DNA from: an uncultured delta proteobacterium
Lineage (GTDB): Bacteria; Desulfobacterota; Binatia; Binatales; Binataceae
Assembly (NCBI GenBank): GCA_963711565.1
Contig: CAVQEQ010000001.1
Span: 800,001 to 864,000, forward strand
Direction: 5' to 3'
Length of the DNA: 64,000 nt
Positions 53,930-64,000 of the stretch are shown here, piece by piece (the stretch's first letter is position 1; each line of letters begins with the position of its first letter). Below the pieces are notes generated by a model that was not told the DNA's origin, made no database searches, and was given only the letters and a program-made list of their open reading frames with translations. The position numbers and the translations under genes are program-made.

Positions 53930-56900
53930 TTGCGATCGGATAATCGTCGGCTGATTCCATTCACGTTTTCGATCGCGCGCGCCGCCTTGGCCGCATTCGT
54001 TATATGTACGGCGGTCTCGATCTTCAGAGTCCCGGCGGCTGTCGCCGGAGCATCGCCGTCGGTGCGTTTCTCGCCGCTCGGAACTGTGAAGCAGGTGCGG
54101 CAAGTGACGGCGCGATTTTCCGAGCCGATGGTCCCGCTCGGCGACCCGCGCGACACGACCGCACCGTTCGATATCGATTGTCCGGCGCGCGGCGCGAGCC
54201 GATGGATCGATAGCCGCAACTGGTCGTACGACTTCGACCATGATTTGCCAGCTGGCGTGCGATGCACTTTCAGGCTGCGTTCGGGTTTGAAATCGCTGGC
54301 CGGGAACGCCTTCAGCGATCTCCGCGCGTTCAACTTCGACACCGGCGGACCTTCGATTGTCGATCAGCGGCCATGGTCGGACAGCAACGATATAGATGAG
54401 GAGCAGGCGTTCGTGCTGGTCCTCGACGCGGAGCCGGACCCGGCGTCTATTCTCGAGCACGCCGGCTTTTCGGTCGAGGGAATGCCGCAGACGATTGGTG
54501 CGACGATCATGAGCGGCGCCGACCGTGCGATTCTATTGAAGCGGTTCGCGAATCTGACCGCGCACAAGACGGTCGTCATCCTGCAGGCCCGGCAGCGTTT
54601 TCCGAACAACACGCCGGTGACCCTGATATGGGGCAAGGGCATCAAATCAAAAAGCGGGATCGCAACCGACCAGGATCAAACGATCAGTTACAAGACGCGC
54701 AAACTTTTCGAAGCGAAAGTACTATGCGAGCGCGAAAGCGCGAAGGCCGGATGCATCCCGCTGACGCCGATTACACTTTCGTTCTCCGCTTTGATCTCGG
54801 CGGATCAGGCAAAACAGATCGCGCTGATCGCTCCAGACGGTGCGCGACAATTCGCCGTGCTCAGCGATCCGGGCGAGACGTCGTCGCTCTCGTTCAACGG
54901 CCCGTTTAAGGAATCGTCGGACTACAAAATCGAGATTCCGCCGAAGCTGGCCGATGGCTCGGGGCGGGAACTGGCGAACGCGTCGCGTTTCCCGATGACG
55001 GTCGAGACGGGAGAGTTTCCGCCGCTTGCAAAGTTCTCGGCGCGCTTTGGAATTATCGAGAGCGTCGATCCCGTTTTGCCGGTCACGGTGAGAAATCTCG
55101 AAGCACAGATAGCCGGCGCCCAACTCAAGCTCGGCGGTGACGCCGACAGTTCTCTACTGACCCGAATCGAGGCGACGCTCTGGCGCGTCCCGCAGCCCAA
55201 GGCGGCCGACGTGCTTTCATGGCTCAACCGCGTGGCCGTGGCAAAGCGCGCGCAGTCGGTGTTCAGCGGCGAGAATGCGAACGGTGCCAGGCAATTCGCG
55301 ATGCCGAAGCCCAACGGCCCCAATGCTTTCGAGGTGATGGGGATTCCGCTCAAGCGTCCCGGCTTGTACATCGTCGAACTGAAGAGCACCCGGCTCGGCA
55401 CCGTTTTGCTCGGCGCGCCGAAGCCGATGTACGTTCCGACTGCGGCGCTCGTCACTAATCTTGCGGTTCATTTCAAGCAGGGGCAGGCGAACTCGCTGGT
55501 GTGGGTGACGGCGCTCGAGAGCGGACTTCCGATCGATGGCGCTGATGTCGCGATTGCGGATTGTCATGGGACCGAATTGTGGAAAGGGCGCACCGACGCG
55601 CGCGGCCTCGCAATGGTTCCGACGTCGGCGGCGTTTGCGAATCTGCCGCAATGCGATTCCTCGCAGACGGATTACGAGAGCGACTACTACTCCAACCAGG
55701 TTGAAGCCCTGAGCGGGCTGAATCGCGGCCTGCTCGTTACGGCAAGCTCGGGCGAAGATTTCAGTTTTGTGCATTCGAGTTGGCAGCAGGGAATCGAGTC
55801 ATGGCGCTTTCACCTGCCGACCGAGTATCAGCCGTCGCCGTACATTGCCGATACGGTTTTCGATCGGACGCTGCTGCGCGCCGGCGAGACGGTTCACATG
55901 AAGCATTTCATCCGCGCCAGGACCCTCGATGGATTGTCGATGGTGCCGAAGGAAGATCTCCCCGACACGCTTTCAATTACTTTCTCCGGCGGCGATCAGC
56001 ACTACGATTTCGATCTCAACTGGAACGATTCGGGCAGCGCGGAGAATGATTGGCAGATCCCGCAAGCGGCGAAACTCGGCACATACAATGTCACAATGTC
56101 GCGGCGCAAGACCGCCGCGCCAAGTCCGACACCTGGCGCCGACATGGGCGATCAGACCCAGGAACTCACCACCGGGAATTTTCGCGTCGAGGAATTTCGT
56201 ATCCCGTTGATGAAAGCCGCGATCAAAGTTCCGGCGCAGCCGCTGGTCGCTGTGACCGACATTCCGATCGATCTCAGCGCCGAGTACCTGTCAGGGGGCG
56301 CCGCCAAAGGCCTTCCGATCACGTTGCGCAGCCAGATCAACAAAAACGCAACGCCACAATTCGCTGACTTCGACGATTACGTTTTCGCCAACGGCAACGT
56401 GCAGGCGGGAATCGTGCACAGCGAAGGATATTCGGAGGGAATGGAGAGCGAACAGAATCCCGGCGTGCACCAGCGCAAGGATCTCACGCTCGATGACGCC
56501 GGCGGCGCCCGCACCGACATCAGCGACATACCGCGCGAGCCCACTCCGGTCGAGATTCATGCGGAACTCGAATATCGCGACCCCAACGGCGAGAGCCAGA
56601 CGGTATCGAACAATGTGATGATTTGGCCGGCGAAGCGGCTGGTCGGAATCGAGGTTGAGGATTGGGCGTCGTCGCCCGGAGTTGTTCGCGCTCATCTTGC
56701 GGTCGTTGACGAATCGGGCAAACCAATCGCGCACGTGCCGGTAAGTGTCGATATTTTCAGTCGCCTCCAATATTCGTATCGCAAGCGGTTGATCGGCGGA
56801 TTTTACGCTTACGAGAACACCCAGGAGACCAAGCTCGGCGGCGAATTGTGCGCGGGCGTGACCGACGATCGCGGACGGCTCTCATGCGAGGCGAAACCGC

Positions 56901-59671
56901 CCGTGACCGGCGATGCGATTCTGCAAGCGACGGTGACAGACGACGCGGGCAACTCGAGTTCGGCCAACAGCGAAATTTTCATTCCAGGAAATGAGCGCGA
57001 GTGGTTCGCCGGCCGCGACGACGACCGCATGGACTTTATCCCCGAGAAGCCTGCGTACGAGCCGGGCGACGCCGCGCGCTTCCAGGTCCGGATGCCCTTT
57101 GCGGACGCAACCGCACTTGTCACCGTCGAGCGCGAGGGCGTGCTGGCCGCGTCGATCGTGCACTTACCGGGACGCAATCCGGTCATCACGATCCCGGTGC
57201 GCGACTGGGCGCCCAACGTGTTCGTCTCGGCGCTGGTGGTGCGCGGCAGAATCGCCGGCGTGCAGCCGACCGCGATGCTCGATCTCGGGAAACCGGCGTT
57301 CAAGCTTGGCATCGCCGAAATTCGCGTCGGATGGCGGGACCATCGGTTGAATGTGAAAGTCGCGCCGGAGAAATCCGTCTATCACGTCCGCGACAAGGCT
57401 CTCTTCAGGATTTCGGTGAGGACCTTCGACGGCAACGCGCCCGCGCCCGGCGGCACGATCGCGGTCGCCGCGGTTGACGAGGGCCTGCTCGAGCTGCGCG
57501 CCAACGACAGCTGGAAACTGCTCGACGCCATGATGGGCCGGCGCCCCTATCAAGTCGAAACGTCGGCGGCCGAAATGGAAGTCGTCGGCAAGCGCCATTT
57601 TGGAATCAAGGCGATTCCACCGGGCGGCGGCGGCGGGCACCAGATTACGCGCGAACTGTTCGACACGCTGCTGTTGTGGAAAGCGTCGGTGCCGCTCGAC
57701 GCGAATGGCGACGCAACAATCGAAGTGCCGCTCAATGATTCGCTGACCAGTTTCCGAATCGTCGCGATTGCCGATTCCGGCCCCGATCAATTCGGAACCG
57801 GGTCCGCGAGTATTCGCTCGACGCAGGACCTGATGTTGTTGTCCGGCGTCTCACCGATCATTCGAAACGGCGACTCGTTTGCCGCCGAGTTCACGGTGCG
57901 CAATGCGTCGGAGCGCGCCTTCGATGCGACCGTGAATGCAAAGATCGACGGACTCGCGCAGGTGCCGCCGCCGCAAAAGCTCGCGCTCGGACCCGGCCAG
58001 GGCACGACGATCTCTTGGAACGTCGAGGTGCCGGCGGTCGCGCGGGAACTCAAGTATCACGTTGACGCGAGCGTCGAGCACGGACCGTCCGATCATTTGC
58101 TGATCACGCAGCGCGTGATACCGGCGGTGCCAGTGCGAGCGCTTCAAGCGACGCTAATGCAACTCGACAAACCGATCGTACAACCGGTTGCGCGCCCGGC
58201 CGGCGCGCTCGCCGGCGTCGGCAGCGTGCAAGTCTCGCTCAGCCCCACGCTCGCGGCGGGACTCGACGGAGTGCGCGATTGGATGCGCCAGTATCCGTAC
58301 GGATGCCTCGAACAACGCGTGTCGGTGGCCGTCGCGCTCGGCGATCCGAAGTTGTGGAGCGCGATCATCGCGGACTTGCCGTCGTACACCGACTCCGACG
58401 GATTACTGAAATACTTTCCGATAATGGACCGCGGAAGTGAGGTACTCACTGCCTATTTCATTTCGATCGCGCACGAGGCCGGACTGACTATTCCCGCCGA
58501 GTCGGAGGCAACGCTCGAAAAAGGTTTGAGTGATTTCATCGAGGGCAGGATCGTGCGCGACGGGCCGATCCAGGCGGCCGACCTGCCCTTGCGCAAACTG
58601 GCCGCAATCGACGCGCTCGCTCGTGCAGGTCATGCCAATTCCGCGATGCTCGGGAGTATTACGATCGATCCGAATCTGTGGCCCGATTCTGCCGTGATCG
58701 ATTGGTGGAGTATCCTGCTCCGCGTTCCGCAAATTCCCGATCACGAGCAGCGCCTCAAGGAGGCGGAACAAATCATGCGCGGCCGCCTCAATGAACAGGG
58801 GACGGCGATGCACCTGTCGAGCGACGCGCGCAACGATATGTGGTGGCTGATGGTCTCGCCCGATTGCAACATGGTGAAGCTGGCGCTGCTGTTGCTCGAC
58901 AACAACCTGTGGCATGACGATCTGCCGCTCGTGATGCGCGGTGCGCTGGCGCTGCAATCGCACGGAGCGTGGACCGAAACGATCACCAACGCATGGGGCA
59001 CGCTGGCGGTCAGGAAGTTTGCAGCCGCTTTCGAATCGACTCCCGTCGCGGGTATCACGAGCGCGTCGCTTCAGGCGGCGACGCAAAAGCTGGATTGGGC
59101 AAACGATCCAAAGGGCGGAAATCTAGCGTTCGACTGGCCATCGACCGAGTCAGATCTGAAGATCGATCATTCCGGAAGCGGCAATCCCTGGGCTCAGATT
59201 CGCGCGATCGCAGCAGTGCCGATTACGCAGCCTTTTTCGAGCGGCTATCGAATCACGCGCACACTTCTTCCGGTCGAGAATGCCAATCCTCATGGATGGA
59301 AGCGCGGCGACCTCGTGCGAGTGCATCTCAAGGTCGAAGCGCAAACCGATATGACGTGGGTGGTCGTGAACGATCCGATTCCCGCGGGCGCGTCACATCT
59401 TGGCACCGGCCTCGGGCGCGATTCGGCGATCGCGACCTCCGGCGAAAAGATCGACACCGAGAGCTTCGTCTGGCCGATTTACTCCGAACGCGCCTTCGAC
59501 GCCTTCCGTGCCTACTATGACTACGTGCCGAAGGGGACGTTCGACATCGAGTATACAATTCGCCTCAACCAATCGGGCACTTTTCAACTACCCGCAACCT
59601 ACGTCGGGGCGCTGTACGAACCGGAAATGGTTGGCGAGCTTCCCAACAATCCATTCGAGGTCGCGCCGTAG
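53930..59671 (+). CDS. Bacterial alpha-2-macroglobulin
   Basis: MG domains (FDRTLLRAGE, FRVEEF, AAVDEG); thioester YPYGCLEQ. Confidence 0.93.
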   Translation: MRSDNRRLIPFTFSIARAALAAFVICTAVSIFRVPAAVAGASPSVRFSPLGTVKQVRQVTARFSEPMVPLGDPRDTTAPFDIDCPARGASRWIDSRNWSYDFDHDLPAGVRCTFRLRSGLKSLAGNAFSDLRAFNFDTGGPSIVDQRPWSDSNDIDEEQAFVLVLDAEPDPASILEHAGFSVEGMPQTIGATIMSGADRAILLKRFANLTAHKTVVILQARQRFPNNTPVTLIWGKGIKSKSGIATDQDQTISYKTRKLFEAKVLCERESAKAGCIPLTPITLSFSALISADQAKQIALIAPDGARQFAVLSDPGETSSLSFNGPFKESSDYKIEIPPKLADGSGRELANASRFPMTVETGEFPPLAKFSARFGIIESVDPVLPVTVRNLEAQIAGAQLKLGGDADSSLLTRIEATLWRVPQPKAADVLSWLNRVAVAKRAQSVFSGENANGARQFAMPKPNGPNAFEVMGIPLKRPGLYIVELKSTRLGTVLLGAPKPMYVPTAALVTNLAVHFKQGQANSLVWVTALESGLPIDGADVAIADCHGTELWKGRTDARGLAMVPTSAAFANLPQCDSSQTDYESDYYSNQVEALSGLNRGLLVTASSGEDFSFVHSSWQQGIESWRFHLPTEYQPSPYIADTVFDRTLLRAGETVHMKHFIRARTLDGLSMVPKEDLPDTLSITFSGGDQHYDFDLNWNDSGSAENDWQIPQAAKLGTYNVTMSRRKTAAPSPTPGADMGDQTQELTTGNFRVEEFRIPLMKAAIKVPAQPLVAVTDIPIDLSAEYLSGGAAKGLPITLRSQINKNATPQFADFDDYVFANGNVQAGIVHSEGYSEGMESEQNPGVHQRKDLTLDDAGGARTDISDIPREPTPVEIHAELEYRDPNGESQTVSNNVMIWPAKRLVGIEVEDWASSPGVVRAHLAVVDESGKPIAHVPVSVDIFSRLQYSYRKRLIGGFYAYENTQETKLGGELCAGVTDDRGRLSCEAKPPVTGDAILQATVTDDAGNSSSANSEIFIPGNEREWFAGRDDDRMDFIPEKPAYEPGDAARFQVRMPFADATALVTVEREGVLAASIVHLPGRNPVITIPVRDWAPNVFVSALVVRGRIAGVQPTAMLDLGKPAFKLGIAEIRVGWRDHRLNVKVAPEKSVYHVRDKALFRISVRTFDGNAPAPGGTIAVAAVDEGLLELRANDSWKLLDAMMGRRPYQVETSAAEMEVVGKRHFGIKAIPPGGGGGHQITRELFDTLLLWKASVPLDANGDATIEVPLNDSLTSFRIVAIADSGPDQFGTGSASIRSTQDLMLLSGVSPIIRNGDSFAAEFTVRNASERAFDATVNAKIDGLAQVPPPQKLALGPGQGTTISWNVEVPAVARELKYHVDASVEHGPSDHLLITQRVIPAVPVRALQATLMQLDKPIVQPVARPAGALAGVGSVQVSLSPTLAAGLDGVRDWMRQYPYGCLEQRVSVAVALGDPKLWSAIIADLPSYTDSDGLLKYFPIMDRGSEVLTAYFISIAHEAGLTIPAESEATLEKGLSDFIEGRIVRDGPIQAADLPLRKLAAIDALARAGHANSAMLGSITIDPNLWPDSAVIDWWSILLRVPQIPDHEQRLKEAEQIMRGRLNEQGTAMHLSSDARNDMWWLMVSPDCNMVKLALLLLDNNLWHDDLPLVMRGALALQSHGAWTETITNAWGTLAVRKFAAAFESTPVAGITSASLQAATQKLDWANDPKGGNLAFDWPSTESDLKIDHSGSGNPWAQIRAIAAVPITQPFSSGYRITRTLLPVENANPHGWKRGDLVRVHLKVEAQTDMTWVVVNDPIPAGASHLGTGLGRDSAIATSGEKIDTESFVWPIYSERAFDAFRAYYDYVPKGTFDIEYTIRLNQSGTFQLPATYVGALYEPEMVGELPNNPFEVAP

Positions 59672-61843
59672 ATGTTGCGCCGTCTCGCAATTTTCGGTCT
59701 TCCGATCGTGGCAATCGCGGCGCTGATGCTGGCGATGACCGGACCGCCGCCGCCGACATTCGCCGACGTGCGCGCTCAGTGGCGTCCGTCGGAAGCGCAA
59801 TTGCTCGATCGCAACGGCGATCCAGTTCATGAAATGAGAATCGATCGGCACGGCAGGCGGTTTGCGTGGACATCCCTCGATGAGATCTCACCCGCGCTCA
59901 CGGAAGCGATCGTAGCCTCGGAGGACCGCCGCTTCTGGAGCCATCACGGCGTCGATCTGATCGCGATCGCGACTTCCGCCGCGCGCGGCGCAGTTGGCGG
60001 ACACAGCCGCGGTGCGAGCACGATCACGATGCAACTCGCTTCGCTACTTGATCCCTCGCTCGGAAGATCGCACTCGCGCAAAACGATTCTTCGGAAATTC
60101 AGACAAATCTTCGCGGCGATCGCGCTCGAACGTCGATGGTCGAAACGGGAAATCCTCGAAGCTTACCTGAACCTTGTCACCTACCGCGGAGAATTGCAGG
60201 GCGTCGCCGCCGCGTCGCGCGTGATGTTCGGCAAAGCGCCACAAGGAATCGACTCCGCCGAGGCGGTGGTGCTGGCCGCTTTGATCCGGGCACCGAATGC
60301 ACGCCGCGAATCCGTTGCGATTCGTGCGAACGCGCTGAGCCGCGCGCTCGGATCGGCGGGCCCATCGCAAGCCGCGATGGCGCCGGCGCTTGAGAGCGCA
60401 TTCTCGAGTCGCCGCGGCGACTATGCGCGAGTCGCGCTCGCGCCGCACCTCGCGGAGCGTTTGCTCAATAACGGAAGTGGTTCCGCGCGATGCACGCTCG
60501 ATCGGGACCTCCAGCGCTTCGTCATCGACACGCTGCGTCGCCAGATCATCGATGTCCGCGACCGCGGTGTTGACGATGGCGCGGTAATCGTCGTCGAGAA
60601 TTCTACCGGCGAAGTGTGGTCGTATGTCGGCGGCGCCGGCGATCTGTCGGATGCCCCGGACTTCGACGCGATCCGCGCGCCGCGCCAACCGGGATCGACG
60701 CTCAAGCCGTTCCTCTACGCGCTCGCGGTGGACAAGCACTTGCTCACTGCCGCCTCGTTGATAGAAGACACTCCGCTCGAATTGCCTGAGCAGCGCGGGA
60801 TCTACCGCCCCCTCGACTACGATCGCGAGTTCCGCGGCCTGGTCTCGATGCGCACCGCGCTCGCGGCGTCGCTGAATGTGCCCGCCGTCCGGACCGCCGA
60901 CATGGTTGGCGTCGAGGTCTTCGCGGACCGTTTGCGACGCCTTGGTTTCAGCGGTCTGGTCGAGGAAGGCGACTACTACGGCGCCGCCCTGGCGCTAGGG
61001 TCTGCAGATGTGAGCCTGTGGCAGTTGGTGAACGCATATCGCACACTGGCTAATGGTGGTAGATACTCAGAACGTCAACTGACTAATGACACCGATACTC
61101 ACACATCGACCGAAGTGTACTCACCTGAAGCATCGTTCGTGATTTCCGATGTACTATCCGACAGAGCCAGCCGCAGTACTACGTTCGGGCTGGAAAACAG
61201 TCTCGCGACCCGCTATTGGAGCGCGGTCAAGACGGGTACCAGCAAGGACATGCGCGACAACTGGTGCGTCGGCTACACGGATAAGTTCACGGTGGGAGTG
61301 TGGGTTGGTAATTCCTCGGGCGCGCCGATGCGCGATGTGACCGGAATCACCGGCGCCGCGCCCACGTGGCTCAGCGTGATGAACTATCTGCACGACCGCT
61401 TTGGCAGCGGCCAAATTTTGCGTCCGACGGATGTGGTTCTCAGCGAGGTGAGCTTCCCCGGCGCTGTCGAGCCGTCGCGTAAGGAGTGGTTCGTCCCCGG
61501 AACACAGCCGAGTGGATCGTCGAGCAGTCTCGCCGACTCCAACCCGCAAATTCTGTCGCCGGTAGCGGGCACGATCATCGCGCTCGACCCCGACATCCCG
61601 GCGAGCGCGCAGCGAGTCGCCTTCGAGGCCAGCCGGGGCGCGCGCGATTCGCGCTGGATCCTCGATGGACGCGCGCTGGCGCCGGTTCACGGTGCGTTGC
61701 TCTGGACTCCGTCGCCCGGCGCGCACACTCTCTCTATCGCTCCTGCCTCGGGAGGCGCGCTGCAGACAATTCAATTTGTGGTCCGCGGATCGAATAACCC
61801 GCTCGCAGATAGTGATCGTGGAGTCGATCAGCAGCTACAATGA
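59672..61843 (+). CDS. pbpC: Penicillin-binding protein 1C
   Basis: EDRRF, GASTITMQ, PGSTLKPF, SLN, KTGTS; canonical partner of alpha-2-macroglobulin. Confidence 0.93.
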   Translation: MLRRLAIFGLPIVAIAALMLAMTGPPPPTFADVRAQWRPSEAQLLDRNGDPVHEMRIDRHGRRFAWTSLDEISPALTEAIVASEDRRFWSHHGVDLIAIATSAARGAVGGHSRGASTITMQLASLLDPSLGRSHSRKTILRKFRQIFAAIALERRWSKREILEAYLNLVTYRGELQGVAAASRVMFGKAPQGIDSAEAVVLAALIRAPNARRESVAIRANALSRALGSAGPSQAAMAPALESAFSSRRGDYARVALAPHLAERLLNNGSGSARCTLDRDLQRFVIDTLRRQIIDVRDRGVDDGAVIVVENSTGEVWSYVGGAGDLSDAPDFDAIRAPRQPGSTLKPFLYALAVDKHLLTAASLIEDTPLELPEQRGIYRPLDYDREFRGLVSMRTALAASLNVPAVRTADMVGVEVFADRLRRLGFSGLVEEGDYYGAALALGSADVSLWQLVNAYRTLANGGRYSERQLTNDTDTHTSTEVYSPEASFVISDVLSDRASRSTTFGLENSLATRYWSAVKTGTSKDMRDNWCVGYTDKFTVGVWVGNSSGAPMRDVTGITGAAPTWLSVMNYLHDRFGSGQILRPTDVVLSEVSFPGAVEPSRKEWFVPGTQPSGSSSSLADSNPQILSPVAGTIIALDPDIPASAQRVAFEASRGARDSRWILDGRALAPVHGALLWTPSPGAHTLSIAPASGGALQTIQFVVRGSNNPLADSDRGVDQQLQ

Positions 61844-61885
61844 CGCGAGATGTGCGCGTACTCGCGACTGTGAACGATTAAAGCA

Positions 61886-62842
61886 ATGATCATATTAACC
61901 GGCGGTGCGGGCTTCGTCGGCAGCAACCTGCTGGCCGCGTTGAATGCCAGAGGCGTCACCGACATCCTCGTGGTCGATCGCCGCGGCGACAACTTCCGCA
62001 ACCTATCCGATCTGCGGTTCTCCGACTTCATACAGCCGGGCGAATTCGCCCGCGCCATCGAGCGCAAGTCTCTGCCCGATCGAATCGAAGCGATCTTTCA
62101 TCAGGGCGCGTGCGCCGACACCACTTGTACCGACGGCCGCTACATGATCGAAAACAATTTCACGTTCTCGAAATCGATTCTGCAATTCGCGCTCTCGAGC
62201 AAAGTCCCTTTCGTGTATGCGTCGAGCGCGGCCGTGTACGGCGCCTCGAGCGCGTTCGCGCCGTCGCGCGAAAATGAGCGTCCACTCAATCTCTATGGGC
62301 TGTCCAAACTCGCCTTCGACAATCACGTTCGCATCGTCGCCGCGAAATCCGCGAGTACTGTGGCCGGTCTTCGATACTTCAACGTCTACGGTCCGCGCGA
62401 ATCGCACAAGAGCAAAATGGCGTCGATGGTGTATCAACTATACCGCCAGTTGAAGACGAGCGGTCGCGCGCGACTGTTCGAGGGCACCCACGGATACGCC
62501 GCCGGCGAGCAGCGGCGCGATTTTGTTTTTGTGAAAGATATTGTTCGAGTGAATCTTGCGCTTGCCGAAGGATCCGCGCGCAACGGTGTGTTTAACGTCG
62601 GCACCGGACAAGCGCGCACTTTCAACGACGTCGCGAGCATACTAATCGCGCGGCTTGGCGCCGGTGCGACTGACTATGTACCATTTCCCACGAGCCTGGC
62701 GGGTAAGTATCAGAGCTTCACGCAAGCTGATATCTCGGCGCTGAGGAGTGCAGGGTACAGAGAAGAGTTTTCAACGCTGGAAGATGGAATCGCGAAATCG
62801 ATCGATGCCTGGAATCGAGAGCTGGAATCGATCGGCGGCTGA
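61886..62842 (+). CDS. hldD: ADP-L-glycero-D-manno-heptose 6-epimerase
   Basis: TGGAGFVGSN, HQGAC, YASSAAVYG, RYFNVYGP, KYQSFTQAD. Confidence 0.93.
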   Translation: MIILTGGAGFVGSNLLAALNARGVTDILVVDRRGDNFRNLSDLRFSDFIQPGEFARAIERKSLPDRIEAIFHQGACADTTCTDGRYMIENNFTFSKSILQFALSSKVPFVYASSAAVYGASSAFAPSRENERPLNLYGLSKLAFDNHVRIVAAKSASTVAGLRYFNVYGPRESHKSKMASMVYQLYRQLKTSGRARLFEGTHGYAAGEQRRDFVFVKDIVRVNLALAEGSARNGVFNVGTGQARTFNDVASILIARLGAGATDYVPFPTSLAGKYQSFTQADISALRSAGYREEFSTLEDGIAKSIDAWNRELESIGG

Positions 62843-62862
62843 CCCCAATCGGAGAACTATAA

Positions 62863-63489
62863 ATGGAAAATCCTCGTAACCACCGGATTGAAACGGTTGC
62901 GCAATTGCAAGCGTTGCTTGGAGAGCCGAATCCGATGACCCCGAAAAAACTTCAATCGACGCTCGACCAGGCTGCTATCGACTACATTCGGAGGTCTCCA
63001 TTTCTCGTGCTCGCAACCTCCGACGCGCAGGGCAACGAGGACGCTTCACCGAAAGGCGACGGCCCCGGCTTTGTCGCGGTGGAAGACGAGCGCACGCTTC
63101 TAATCCCCGAACGCAAGGGCAATCGGCTGATGTTCAGTCTCAGGAACATTCTGGCCAATCCGCAGGTCGGAATGATTTTTCTCGTTCCGGGCACCGACGA
63201 GACCTTTCGCGTCAACGGCACAGCACAGTTGAGCGACGATCCCGATCTGCTAGTTCGGCTCAGCGCCCGCGGCGCGCCTGCGCTGTTGGCGATTCGAGTT
63301 ACCGTGCGGGAATGTTTTTTCCACTGCGCCAAGGCCTTCATTCGCTCGCAGCTCTGGAAGCCCGAGACCTGGCAAGAGCGCCAGAAGATTTCCTTCGGGA
63401 AAATGTTGACCGCCAAGGTTGGCGGCGGTGATGACCTTGCACAGCAAATCGACCAGGCAATCGCTCACGACTACAAGCACAACCTCTAG
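62863..63489 (+). CDS. FMN-binding pyridoxamine 5'-phosphate oxidase-like protein
   Basis: DASPKGDGPGFV, GNRL..SLRNI, FFHCAKA..RS.LW. Confidence 0.85.
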   Translation: MENPRNHRIETVAQLQALLGEPNPMTPKKLQSTLDQAAIDYIRRSPFLVLATSDAQGNEDASPKGDGPGFVAVEDERTLLIPERKGNRLMFSLRNILANPQVGMIFLVPGTDETFRVNGTAQLSDDPDLLVRLSARGAPALLAIRVTVRECFFHCAKAFIRSQLWKPETWQERQKISFGKMLTAKVGGGDDLAQQIDQAIAHDYKHNL

Positions 63490-64000
63490 TAGCGCGCGTG
63501 CGACGCGAGTTCGCGGCATCGTTTTCGATTCGCGACGATTCCGATCACGCATCGCTCGGTGAACCGCGCGATCGATCGCTCCATCATCTCGATCGCATCG
63601 AAGACGTTCGCAGCCGCCGCGCCTTCAAAGACGTTCAAGTTGAGCTCGCCCCGCTCCAGCGCGAGGCGCGTCGCGCGCTCGCAACCCAACACCTGGAAGC
63701 AACATTGAAGCATCGTCTCGGGAATCACCGGATTGATTTTTCCCGGGAAGATTGACGAGCCTTCCTGAACCGCCGGCAGAATTATTTCGCCGAAGCCGCC
63801 CTCCGGACCCGACGCCAGCAGGCGCATGTCCTGCGCTATCTTGATCAGCACCTCCGCGAGCATCGCGAGCTGCGCGGAGACCGACGCAAGGTCGTCAATA
63901 TTCTGCGCCGCGTCGTAGAGATTGGGCCGCAGAGTAAATTTCCGGCCGGCGATCTCATTCAGCCGCTTGAGGATCGCGCGCCGATAGGACGCCGGCGCTC
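63486..64000 (-). CDS. Fumarase/aspartate ammonia-lyase family, 3' part (starts beyond the window)
   Basis: KIAQDMRLLASGP, GSSIFPGKINP, ELNLN. Confidence 0.85.
   Translation of the reverse strand, partial: APASYRRAILKRLNEIAGRKFTLRPNLYDAAQNIDDLASVSAQLAMLAEVLIKIAQDMRLLASGPEGGFGEIILPAVQEGSSIFPGKINPVIPETMLQCCFQVLGCERATRLALERGELNLNVFEGAAAANVFDAIEMMERSIARFTERCVIGIVANRKRCRELASHARY

Noticed and set aside
53930-61843. Alpha-2-macroglobulin-pbpC as a novel system
   Set aside because: A well-known conserved gene pair with canonical motifs
35541-64000. Frequent CGATCG/GCGATCGC palindromes (HIP1-like)
   Set aside because: Looks like a genome-wide compositional trait; enrichment cannot be established without counting against a Markov background

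Overview
GC-rich bacterial chromosome window. Gene content and style are reminiscent of Binatota/Deltaproteobacteria, but this is an inference only. Left (1-11.7 kb): a zinc-ribbon class III adenylate/guanylate cyclase-AAA-TPR gene running off the left edge, an EEP hydrolase, and an RND adaptor/permease plus cNMP-patatin operon. Middle (11.7-35.4 kb): a ~24 kb accessory region of two back-to-back arrays of headless Rhs/YD-repeat C-terminal cassettes with downstream partner (immunity-like) genes, lying at the 3' end of a tRNA-Ala(CGC). The plus-strand array (24.8-35.4 kb) is bracketed by a 49-bp att-like direct repeat. It carries four diverged variants of one papain-like effector (H..FW / Y...GPNSNT, Ser in the usual Cys position) with secreted, membrane and NHL beta-propeller partner genes. 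No integrase, PAAR/VgrG or full-length rhs is present. Right (35.5-64 kb): galU, dksA, larC, queE, a sulfatase, a Zn-dehydrogenase, a MetE-like protein and a hydrolase; a recC-recB-recD operon divergent from a WYL regulator, with a palindromic operator overlapping a PafBC-style promoter; then alpha-2-macroglobulin-pbpC, hldD, a PNPOx-like gene and a partial fumarase/aspartase. Two genes have single-base frameshifts that may be sequencing errors. All family assignments come from motif recognition; no searches were run.
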